This document shows positions 26,010 through 36,387 of a DNA stretch of 36,387 nt, piece after piece; within the stretch, counting starts at the first letter, position 1, and the number at the start of each line of letters is the position of its first letter. Under the pieces are notes generated by a model. It searched no databases, was not told where the DNA came from, and was given only the letters and a program-made list of their open reading frames with translations. The DNA comes from Sphaeroforma arctica JP610 (taxonomy: Eukaryota), in assembly GCF_001186125.1 (NCBI RefSeq), contig NW_014040391.1, positions 90,260-126,646 on the forward strand, read 5' to 3'. Made by a program: the position numbers and the translations under genes.

Positions 26010-26403
26010 CTATCTTTGCGACTAATGTGACACCCCATGGGGTCTTGCCACAAGCCTTCTTGCCCTCTTTGAGGAACGTATTGTTTGTGTTTTCCACTAG
26101 CATCGGGTCTTCTTCTAATAAAGACAAGAGCTTTGGAAACCACGAGGCATTGGGGTAGTATGGAACACATATCGTGATGCTGGTTGCCTCTTCAATAAAT
26201 TTGTCAAGGACATCAGGTATGAGTTCCCATGGTGGATTCGCCCATACATTCACTTCGTGCGCCCCATTTTGTTGTAGCGCATTATGTTCTTTGGTGTAGT
26301 ATTTATCTGTGTGCGCATTGTGTGCCGATGCAAACATATCTACTGTGAACTTCCCAAACCTTCGTTCCGCTTCTTGATCGACTCTGGTATGTAACATCCA
26401 GTC
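26010..26403 (-). pseudogene. DIRS/phage-type N6-adenine DNA methyltransferase domain within Pol
   Basis: DWML...FGKFTVDMFASAHNAHTDKYY (DMFAS at 26326-26340), VWANPPWELIPDVLDK (NPPW at 26227-26238), and ICVPYYPNASWFPKL. It is in frame with RNase H and the integrase zinc finger in ORF 25666-26910. Confidence 0.85.
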
Positions 26404-26539
26404 TATAGCCGACATGATTATGGGCATGTTTGTTTCCAAGGTGGTGTACTCTTGGCTATTATGTGTTGCCTCATTCGCCTGTTGTATTTGGCTATTATGT
26501 GTTGCCTCATTCGCCTGTTTTAATACTTTTGACTCTTTA

Positions 26540-26925
26540 GTGCTAAAAGTATCTTCATGTAGACGTGACAACATGTCTGCCATCTGGTTGTGCTTGCCTG
26601 GGACATGTATGATGGAGAAGTGGTGGTGGAACGTTTTCGCTATCCATTTGGCTAGCATTGGGTGTAGCGTCTGTTGAATGTTCATTTGCGTGAGCCTTTG
26701 TGATCTGTCCACAGTGTTATGTCCCCCCCCTTTAATGTATTCAGATAAATGTTCCAGGCTGTATACCAGTACTAGTAGCTCTTTGGTGTTTGTGCTATAG
26801 CGTTGTTGTGCTGGATTCAAGCCTTTTGAGAATTTGAGTATGTCTCTTCTAACTCCATCGATGACTTGAAATAAACATCCTCCTATGCCATAGTCACTAG
26901 AATCGTTCATAATTTGAAACGGTAC
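26540..26925 (-). pseudogene. RNase H of copy C
   Basis: NDSSDYGIGGCLFQ...SKGLNPAQQRYSTNTKELL...HVPGKHNQMADMLSR. Confidence 0.92.
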
Positions 26926-26929
26926 CCCG

Positions 26930-27976
26930 TCAACAGGGTATACTAGCGTCGCTGAACAGGCGATGGCTTGCTTTGAGTTCTTCCCACTTCTTGATTAGTT
27001 CCGGTGTCCAAAACATGGATATGTTCTGGTTCATTTTTCCTTTCATTAGGTTCCGAAAGTGTTTTGTTGTGTGAACAAAGTTGGGGACATGATCTCGCAT
27101 GTAATTTGCTAGTCCCACTGCTTTGTGCAGATCTCTTTTTGTTCTGGGTAGTGGCCAATCCATCATTCTTTTCTGTTTCTCAGGATCTGCTTTGAGTCCC
27201 CGTGTGGTGACTTTCACCCCAAGAATGTTGACCACTTTGACCGCAAAGGCACACTTGTTGTGATTGATTCGGAAGTTTGCGCTATTCAGTCGCTTGGTTA
27301 CTTCACGAACTGTTTTGCGGTGTTCTTCTTCTGTAAGACTCACAATGACTATGTCATCTACATACACTTGCACTCCTTTGATATCTATGAGCAGATTCGT
27401 CATGACTCTCTGGAATTGTGCTGTGAGTGAGTGTAGTCCAAACGGCGCGGACTTGAATGAGTATTGCGCTCCTCTCCACGAGAATGTGAAGAAGTGTTGG
27501 CTTGCTTCGTCTACTAGGAAGTGGTTTAATTCTCCTGTAAGATCTAGCTTTGAAAAGAACTGTGCCCCTTGTAGGTTGTGTAACACTTCCTTTATTTTTG
27601 GTAACACAAACTTGTCCTGTTCATATTGGTAAATGATCTCATGTAAGTCTTGACATATACTGACTTTCTTGAGTAGACCTATTTGGTCATGTTCACCTGT
27701 TGGTAACAAAGGTAGGTTCACCGTTGTGGGCTTGTCGCGTTTGTATACGTGGCCATCTTTTAGCCATAGTTGTACATTCTCATCAGTTTGCGGAATGTAT
27801 TTGTGCGGAATAAAGTTGACTTTAGCGTGCCTCATTTGTCTGACGTTGATTTTGTTTGCAGGTACTGTGACTGTGGAGCCTGGTAAGTTGCAATGAACAT
27901 CAGGAGGTATATTCGCGTTGGTGTTCTGGAGGTCTGTAAGTGACTCTCTGAAACCTTCTTGTTCATGCTCTTTCAT
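26930..27976 (-). pseudogene. reverse transcriptase of copy C
   Basis: FFSKLDL, APFGLHSLTAQFQRVM, YVDD (27353-27364), KCAF and WPLPRTKRDL...GLANYMR. Confidence 0.95.
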
Positions 27977-28040
27977 GTGGTGTGAGGAGCGATTCCCATT
28001 TTGCTTCTGTTGGTATAAGTGGATTGATTAATCCTGCTAT

Positions 28041-28457
28041 TTATATACCCATGTATGGTAGAATGTCCATACGTAGAAGTATTGTTGTCTTTTTGTCTGG
28101 TAAGTCCAATACTTCAAAACACTGAGACGTCTTTCTACCTCCATAGTTAATGTCACAAACTTCTGTTGATCCAGTGCGTTGTATTCGCGCATCTGTTTGT
28201 GCTAGTTGTATATACCCCGGTTGCGCTCGAACCAAAAAATATAGTTCTGAAACTATACTCTTGTCTATGCATGAGCGTTGTGCCCTTGAGTCTACTAGTG
28301 CATTGTATGTATTGCCATTGATTTGTATATCAATGTGTAAACGTTGGTCTCGTGGTGCGGGAAGTGAAGATAAAGGTTGATAGTTTATATCATTTGCATT
28401 TATTAACAACGTTTCTTCATCTGTGAATACATTGAGTCTGTCAGCCAGGTCTATCAT
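28041..28457 (-). pseudogene. aspartic protease of copy C
   Basis: INGNTYNALVDSRAQRSCID...ILLRMDIL. Confidence 0.85.
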
Positions 28458-28499
28458 GCTCGCTTCCGCCCACCAGTGTTTTTAGTGCTTCTATCTGTA

Positions 28500-29846
28500 C
28501 ATCTTTCTTGGCTCGCTGCTCAGCCTTCTTGGCTTGAACTACTTTCTTATCGGAACATTCACTGTACCGATGTGGTGATGGCATTACCAGACAGTAGGGG
28601 CATGCACGTTCTTCACGTGCTCCTTTTCTGTGTCTGCCCCCCCCCTGCTTGTTCTGGTTGTGTGCACCATTGTCTGTCTTGTGACGTTTGTTGGCGTTCG
28701 TGGACTATCCTCAACCTACGAGTTCGTCTGTGCGATGTTGCGCTTATTTGCAGCTCGCGCCTGATCTCTCAACATACGCTCTCCTTGTGTCACAGACGCC
28801 GTTCTTATGTGTGTCTCAGTCATAGTATGAAACTTGGTATGTTCTATGTCAGACAGGCGTCCTTCACTTCCATCAGGTTGCTTGTCTCCTTTGATTAGGA
28901 GATCCTCTACTGATTGTAGTCCATAGTGCTTAAGTGCTAGATACATTTGTACTTTGAGGATTTGGAAGTGTATGGGTTTCTTGTCTGAGTTGCGGTAACG
29001 CTCCTCTAACATCGTCATTGTGTGCACACGCTCTGTGCGCACTTCGACGTTCATCTTCTTATTCTGCATGTCATTGAGAAACTTCTCCAATAGATAGTCT
29101 ACTGGGTGTGATCTGAGTCGATCAATAATGATTCTATTGAACTGCTCAGGATCAGTGAAGTGCCTAGTCGTTTGTGTCTCAGAGTCTCTTATGCTATTGA
29201 GTACTGCTTTGGTTTTCTCCGTTGCATCAGTGGAATCTAATAGTCTTCTCACTAGTGCTTTTGACGTGGCTAAGAATAGATTATGTAGACATTGTGTAGT
29301 GAACTCTATGATATCTTCGCAATATTCCAATTTAAAGAAACCATCCTTAGGCATTTTGGGAAATTCTGAAGTCTTGAGTAATTTCTTAAGATATGGTTCG
29401 TTCATCTGATCGCCTAGAGGTGAACGTATGAGCTCTAGCTCACTAATGTACAGACTGATTTGGATAAGTTTGTCTTCCTCATCATCACCGCAATCGCTGA
29501 TCGCTTGGTCATATCGTCGTCTGAGCTCCGCATTCACTAGCGGCATGCGACGCTCTGGCTGTTGATGATGTATGCCTACCCTCATCTTGTACAGAGTTGG
29601 TATGGGCACCGGTGCTGTTTGTTCCTATTTGGACACAAACCGACTCACCAGAACATGATTGCCTTGACAGATATTCTTGTTTATTTCTAGACGCATTGCT
29701 GACGCTACGATGGGTACCCCCGCCGGTGTAGGTTGACCCGAACTACTGCCTGGGCTTGCCTCCCCCATTGGGCTGACTCCCACGTCACCCGCACCTTCAC
29801 CACCTCCACCCCCATTGTACACGCTTGTTTTGGTTGCTATTGGCTT
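28500..29846 (-). pseudogene. gag: gag of copy C
   Basis: ORFs 29625-29822 and 28716-29609 are in frame across a premature TAG. The start ATG seen in copy A reads AAG here. Zinc knuckle CPYCLVMPSPHRYSEC at 28555-28602. Confidence 0.82.
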
Positions 29847-30416
29847 TTTCAGAAGTCTGTGTTGGTGTGTGGGTGTTAGTAGATTATTACTAAAGACTCT
29901 GATTATGTTTTGTGCGAAAGCGCGCGCTTCACCCCCCCCGTCTTTAGTAATAAGTCAATAAAAGAAATAAAATTTGGATTTATTTTACTTACTTTTATGT
30001 TGTTGTTGCTTTGCTGCACTTCCGCAGGAAGTGTTTACCGTGCTGACTGGCTCGGTAGCTTGTTGCGTTGTCCCCTATATTCATGAGGGGTGAAAACGGT
30101 ATTTGTTAGTCAAGCTTATTCCGTCACCTGTGACGATACTTGTGCTTATTCCGTCACGTGAGAACCTATTGTCACTAGTGTTATTTCGTCATGTGAGAAA
30201 CAATTTTCTCACATGTGATGTTAATGAGATGTTTGGTCCTAGTGACGTCACCTGGAGAAGTTCGGTCCTGGATGTCACTTAGGAAGTTCGGTCCTATCTC
30301 TGACTGTGATTCAGACACTCGTGTAAGTTCGGTCTTATTTGGAACTGGAATCTTTACCTTATTGTTTGTGACGGGCCACAAGGTTCGAACAGGCTCTTGT
30401 CGTGCTTGATTTAGGT

Positions 30417-30618
30417 GTGGTTGTACCCTTGTTCTTGTGATCAATAGGTGTGATTTTTTGTTGTTGAGTGTATATGTCTCGAAGATCACTTAGATGGATT
30501 ATGTTACGCTTGATTTAGACGTGGTTGTACCCTTATTCCTGTGATCAATAGGTGTGATTTTTTCTTGGTGAGTGTATATTTCTCGAAGATCACTTAGATA
30601 AAATGCGTTACGCCTAGA
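30417..30618. repeat. 104-bp tandem duplication in the copy C leader
   Basis: gtggttgtaccctt...gaagatcacttagat occurs at 30417 and 30521. Confidence 0.9.
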
Positions 30619-32484
30619 CACGGCTTTTAGATGTTGGATCCAGCGTGTGCTAGTCTGTGTGTTGCGTGTCTCAATAGCTTCCCGTACTGTCGGGTGTTTG
30701 TAGCACTTGTGTGCGTGCTTCCTTTTATTTTTGAACTAATTGTTCTTGGGTTATTGACTTGAATGTTTTATTCTTGTCCGATTGTCGTGATTTGACTGAT
30801 ATACGTTAGTATCATCTTGTCGATGTCCCCATTCTTCAATTTGACACAGGATGTGTCAGGAATGTTTTTGGGTTATCAGTAATGGTTATAATGTTTTGTT
30901 GTTGATCACTAGAATGTTCGTTCTCGATTTTTTTCGCACGTGTATTTGTCGTGCTATCGTGATCTATTATCTGTCTTGTGTGATTTCTATTAATGTCGTA
31001 CTCATAAACTGATGACCATCGATGTAATTGATACTCCTAATTTGAATCGTTCTGATTCAGGATTCCATCTGCTTAGGTCTTTGTTTACTCGACTATTTGT
31101 AGGTCTATTATTGTCTTATAATCACTTTAGTTATTCAATACTGCTGAATTACATGTGGCTCAGCCTGTGTCCCCGGGTTTGATCAATGCCTCTTTTCGTT
31201 AAATCTGATCGATTTGAGGACCCTTTTTTGTGACTTATGGCTGTGCGCCTATGTCTTATTTTTGTGGTGTCAACCTTGTTGCACTAGTTATTATTAAGTG
31301 ACCGATTGTGAGATCCTCTGATATTTGAAGATCCTCACCTCTGAATGATTTGTGGCGTTATGTCTTTCTATTCTTTGTATGGTGCCTTTACTCAGCGTTT
31401 GTTTTTCTGGGTGCTTTCCCACGTTATGCAGGTCTATGATTTGGATCACTGTACTAACATTTAGCGCTTTAATACCCAGTATGTGCTTCCTTGATCAGAT
31501 CGCTATGATTTCTGACCTACGTGTGCTCATGCGTTGTGAATTTGTTTATACGTCAACTTGTTTCAGTTGATTGTTGTAGTTACTTCGTGTTTGTGATTGT
31601 AAGTCACTGTAGATGGCTGTTGTTTGTGTGTAGCACTCCATCGATCTGATTTATCTCGTGTCCCTGTGAGATTGAGATTTAATGTTGGTGCAATATTCGA
31701 TCTCTGCGATCTTGCTCTATGCGGTGTGTTTAACAAGGTATGAATGCTTTGTTATGGTTTGTGTGTGCCGATTGTGCGTATATGCATTTGTCTATGCTTT
31801 CGTAGTGTGTATGTATACGTTTGTTTATATGTTCATAGTTGGTCTGAATTGGCGGTGTTGTTTGTTCTGTGGCTGCTGCTATTGTTTTGTATACGCAAAC
31901 TGAGTGAAATAGTTAGTGTCTTTTTAGTGCACATTACATCAGATTATTTTCTTGCTCGAAAACCTAGAAAATTCTTCTAGTTGATGGAATGATCACTGTG
32001 ACAGCTTACGCCTTTTTCATTGTTTTAGCCTTCCTATCTAGCAACTCTTCATTGAAACACGTCACACTGGGATACCCTCTTCCACTATATATGTTTGTGA
32101 ACACGTTGTTCTCACCTGTGTTTTCTGAACACCACCTTCATATCCGATACAGTTATATACACGATTACCTTGCTTATCATTCCTCTAAAAACCCTAAAAA
32201 AATCTTATTACTTCGTGTACACCCTGTTGTTAATTTCTGTTTGTTGTAAGTCTTCGTTTCTCTTATCCTTTGCGGTTCGAGTCTTCCTTACTTCCCTGTT
32301 GGCGCTTTTCTGCCGGTCCAGCCTCTTCTCTCTGTTATTGTAACTATTAGTTGGATAGTTCTAATAAAGTTTTCGATTTTGAGTTGGCCTTGACAAGGCA
32401 CTTATTGGGTTAGTTCCCTCTTGCTTTCCTCTTAATTATAGAGTGTAAGTTGCTAGACTTATCTAGTAAGGATATTGTAAAAAA

Positions 32485-32810
32485 TGTAGGGTATGGAGAG
32501 TAGCTGAAAGGTACGAGACAATAGGATACAATAGACCACTTCTCAAGTACGGTTTTCTCAGCTAGGAAAAATCCCTAGTCTGAGAGAACCGAACTGAGTC
32601 GTTATTTGTGTTTTCACTAGACTCATGATTTACTTGAGTGTTTCTCTGACACGCAGGAGTCCCGTTATATCTCACCGGTTCTATCGCTAATATTTCTGAT
32701 GACTCTAATATCAGAAATATTCCGATCCTAATTCCAAAACTCAGTATTTGATTATTCTTGGATTTGGGATTTGGATTGGCTTTTTGATAATCTGGTCCCT
32801 AGATGCTACA
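32485..32810 (-). mobile_element. 5' LTR of copy C
   Basis: Direct repeat of 23871-24196, followed on the plus strand by the TSD TCAG. Confidence 0.96.
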
Positions 32811-33289
32811 TCAGCAACCATTGTCAGCAATATTATGACTTTGATACGCAATATAAAGATACGTTGCATCAAATATTGATAAGTACTTAAACCTCATAGT
32901 ATTCGGCTCAGATGAGATTTCAAAATCAGAAGCTTAAATACAATTTTAAATACAGTTATGGTAGGAAGACATAGTGCTAACGGGTAAAGCTTGGACTTTG
33001 ATAAATGAACGTGGGCTTTAAATTCGTGGAGATGGTCAATGGCACAGGTTTGAGCAATGTTGTGAACAATATCAAGATTCAATCTAGAAAGTACTATGAA
33101 GCGATAACCGATGTATATGAGTCACTCTAGAGCCGGAGGGATACAATTACAAGCTAGTGCACATAATTTCTATTGGTTTGCAGTATTCAGCACGGTCCGC
33201 TAAATTTATACATGAACTTAGCTAACTCATAAATTTGACGGCAGCTCCGTAGACCCGTTCGTCGGATATGAAATATCTGTTCCACGTCT

Positions 33290-33628
33290 CTATAATTGGG
33301 GTGACAGCAACAAATACCAACCTACTGAATGGGGCATCGATTTGTCAGAATTATATTTTATTGTACAAGTTCTTCTGATACAATATGGGCGCAACAGTTT
33401 GTACTGGTGTGATCGAACCACCCTGGCATACTCAGTTTCATAGTCAGATTTGATGTTTGTCAACTTCATGCTGGTTTCACAGAGGTCATATAATATAGCG
33501 ACGGTGCAGTAACCCCGCAGTGATTGAAATCGACTATATTTCTCGAGAGAAATAGAACTGAATATTATACGCGGCAGTTCATACCGCGCATACATACAAC
33601 GGACCGAACGCATACTCTTATCAGGCAT
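33290..33628 (-). pseudogene. unidentified ORF remnant, possibly a distant relative of the 16320-16660 family
   Basis: Shares only short motifs (ISLEK, ILY, QYKL) in the same order. Confidence 0.25.
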
Positions 33629-33834
33629 AATATTTCAACACGTGGCATAATTTTAGTTCGTTTTTCACAACGTCTAAAGAAATGAACTTCAGGGCTCATT
33701 TTGAGGTATATATGCCTCCAGGTCAGATATACTTTGGCAATTATGAGAACTCACATCCGACTACAGAAATGTATGCCAATTCATGACGTTCAGAAAACCA
33801 AATAACAACTACCTTCGAACAAATTTGAATCATA

Positions 33835-34066
33835 TATTGAGTTATTTAGTTGTTCAAATTTTGGGCAGCTCAAAATCTCTAGCAATTCACATATCACCGT
33901 GCTATCATTGGCTTGATAAACTTTCATTCTATCTGGCGTATTGATACTAAACTTATAGAGTTGATTAGTTGTTCCAATTTTGGGCCGCTCGAGATAGCTC
34001 TTGCAATTCGCATATTAACGTGGCATCAGTGACTTGAAAAACTTTCATTCTATCTGGCGTATTGCT
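33835..34066. repeat. diverged ~119-bp tandem duplication
   Basis: gagtt..ttagttgttc.aattttgggc...aaactttcattctatctggcgtattg occurs twice. Confidence 0.85.
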
Positions 34067-34669
34067 ACTTTCTAAGTATGAGTATGGAAAAACGAGCATC
34101 ACAAATACAACATTGATAATGCCACCTTCTCAATGGGTTGTGCAGTATATGACACGGTTTGAAACATCTCGACATCATCCAAATGTCATAAAAAAAGGAA
34201 AGGTCAATTAAACTATGCGGTGGAAGGTGAATTAAAATTTTACGTTGCCTCTTCACTTACTGATGACAGTCCCGACAATGGTCTGTAACGGATGCCATCT
34301 AACATCAAAATTCTCCATAAGAAGTGGTTGAACAAGCACAGGAATGGTTAAGCTTTATCTCAAAGTCTTCTAACACATTTCCCGTTCGAGACTGAAGATT
34401 CATTCTCCGTGGAGGTCATCGATCGCCCCACGTGCATAGCAAATAACTGACAGTCATACACGCCCGCACCACTCCGCATAATACTATTCCCCAGCGTATG
34501 CATAGGTGTCTCCACTATGGCACCTTGCGATGCATTTGTACCCGACTTAACTACTCATAAAAATACTAGGCGCCTCCACTTCTGTCGACCACAGGGGCAG
34601 ACTCGAAAGCATACCATGGTATTTCTTCCTTGAAATTTGACTTTTAATGTTGTGATTAAAGCTGATCTT

Positions 34670-34772
34670 TCAAACACGTACTTTGCCGGGGGTGTAGTTT
34701 TTGTTGATAGCTTTTTCTTGTAAAAACATATGCAGACATCGTTCATTCTGAGCCAACGGGTGTCCGGCAATC
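34670..34772 (-). CDS. SNX3: sorting nexin SNX3/SNX12-like, last coding exon
   Basis: Acceptor tgcttcag, then (K)IAGHPLAQNERCLHMFLQEKAINKNYTPGKVRV*. The phase matches the upstream exon (AA|G = Lys). Confidence 0.93.
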
Positions 34773-35135
34773 CTGAAGCAGCATAAAAACACAAATTAGT
34801 CTTTGTTCATGTTGAATTTAATTTAGGACAATGTTTGAACTATTCAATATTAATTTTCAGCCTATGGCGGCGTTGTGGATATCTTGACGTCAACGAAAGA
34901 CTCGAAGCACACAACTAAATCGAATACTTTATTGTGGCGCGTACCAATACAAGCATTATATATTTCCAGGAATCAGCCAATTAGCTCAACCAACAGGACC
35001 GACATGAGCCAAGGCATTCTGGTAGGGCCAATTGCAAGTGAACGACACGTACTACAATGTGCAACGATTAAATGCAGCCCAACGTGAAGCACAAAACGCA
35101 ACAAACTGATAGCAACCACACACACACACACTTAC

Positions 35136-35359
35136 TTGTTTATAAACACCTCTAAAGCATTCTTGCGCTTCTCAACGAAGTCGTCATCAAAGATACCATC
35201 GTCTTTAGTCCAGAAATTAATTTGCTTTGAGATTGCCTTAGTGGGCAAAGGTGGCACAACAATTTTGCCTTCTCGCTCCAACTCAGTCTTAAGCCATTCG
35301 AAGTCGCTATATCGTCTTCTGCACACAAACTCTTTGTGCTTGAAGATCGGTAGGTTCGT
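35136..35359 (-). CDS. SNX3: sorting nexin SNX3/SNX12-like PX-domain exon (upstream exon not identified in this window)
   Basis: cacag|TNLPIFKHKEFVCRRRYSDFEWLKTELEREGKIVVPPLPTK...DDGIFDDDFVEKRKNALEVFIN|gtaagt. Confidence 0.93.
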
Positions 35360-35956
35360 CTGTGAATTCACAACGTAAGCAGCCGTAAGCAGAAAGTGAC
35401 GTACAAGGTCAATTGCGCTGCTCGAACAAGAAGTTAAACAAACCCATAAACACTTTATAACTTTACGTATGTGTGCCGCCAAAAAAACCCCCCCATTCGT
35501 TTGCTATAGTAACAGTGTATCATCAGAATACGAGCACAAAAAATATTTGTAATACACATAAAACGAATTCCGACTAAGAAGATGTTTGTAAACCACATAC
35601 ACATATACTTGAGAACAACTACCAATAAATACTCGGATAAACTTTCATATATTCACCAAAGGAGAAAACAGATACACATGTACAACACACGTGTGTATTT
35701 ATATCCTTCAATAAATATTATTCAATATCGAAAGTTTGTATGCATGTACATGCGTGTTAATATATACATATATCAATAATACACGTATTATGCATGTACA
35801 TATATACTTTGTAAGATGAAAAAGTCATTCACACATGGTTTATCTCACGTCGATATACATACTCCGCTTCTCAAAGGAAATTGACAAGCGCCATTGGAGA
35901 CACCTACGATTAATTCAATGATGTATGCAATAATCGAAATGATATACAAAAGTTTT

Positions 35957-36074
35957 CACACACACACACACAAACACACACACCAACACACACACACACA
36001 CCAAAACACACACACACACATAAATATATATATTCACACATATACATACACACGTATATACACACAAACTATAT

Positions 36075-36124
<50 letters not shown>

Positions 36125-36157
36125 CACACACACGTACACACACGTATATACACAACA

Positions 36158-36192
<35 letters not shown>

Positions 36193-36387
36193 TACATAAT
36201 CACACACATTCACACACACGTATACACACACTTAGGTACACATACACACACACATACATATAGTCCCACACTCACATACTCACACAGGCACACACAGGCA
36301 CACACAGGCACACACAGGCACACAGACAGTACATACATCCATATATATATATATAATTATATTGATTATTATAATATATATATTTAA
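35957..36387. repeat. (CA)n/(TA)n microsatellite tract with a cacacagg x4 unit, probably SNX intron
   Basis: Simple repeats that read as (TG)n on the SNX sense strand. Confidence 0.9.

Larger units (their letters stand above)
23871..32810 (-). mobile_element. full-length Ty3/Gypsy chromovirus-like LTR retrotransposon, copy C (8940 bp), encoding a DNA adenine methyltransferase domain
   Basis: Paired 326-bp LTRs with TGTAG...CTACA ends, a 4-bp TSD TCAG (23867-23870 and 32811-32814), and PR-RT-RH-IN order. Confidence 0.96.

Noticed and set aside
27004..29409. Plus-strand ORFs overlapping copy C (and minus-strand ORFs over copy A)
   Set aside because: These are antisense shadows of gag-pol with no independent motifs.
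23871..32810. Classifying copy C as a DIRS element because of the MT domain
   Set aside because: It has a protease, DDE integrase, chromodomain, direct TG...CA LTRs and a TSD, and no tyrosine recombinase motifs were seen.
35360..35482. N-terminal part of ORF 35132-35482 as SNX coding sequence
   Set aside because: Similarity to SNX3 starts exactly after the cacag acceptor at 35360, so the upstream part is intron read-through.
35860..35905. Candidate upstream SNX exon (contains VNFL)
   Set aside because: In-frame TGA follows and the expected NFLEIDV...YE motif is not recoverable.

Overview
This is eukaryotic genomic DNA: it has spliceosomal GT-AG introns rich in (TG)n, and the style suggests a unicellular holozoan such as an ichthyosporean, though that assignment is inference only. 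A ~34 kb island of decayed, nested transposable elements lies between a probable plus-strand gene end on the left and the last two exons of a minus-strand SNX3/SNX12-like sorting nexin on the right. The island holds CACTA/EnSpm-like remnants, a fragment of one Ty3/Gypsy family (element B), a degenerate Helitron RepHel, and two oppositely oriented copies of another Ty3/Gypsy chromovirus-like family. Copy A (7872-15580, +) is 5'-truncated. Copy C (23871-32810, -) is full length, with 326-bp LTRs and a TCAG target-site duplication. The main finding is that this family's Pol carries a DIRS/phage-type DNA N6-adenine methyltransferase domain (DMFAS...NPPW) between RNase H and a DDE integrase plus chromodomain. 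That domain is normally associated with tyrosine-recombinase DIRS elements, not with integrase-encoding LTR retrotransposons. All TE coding regions are pseudogenised.
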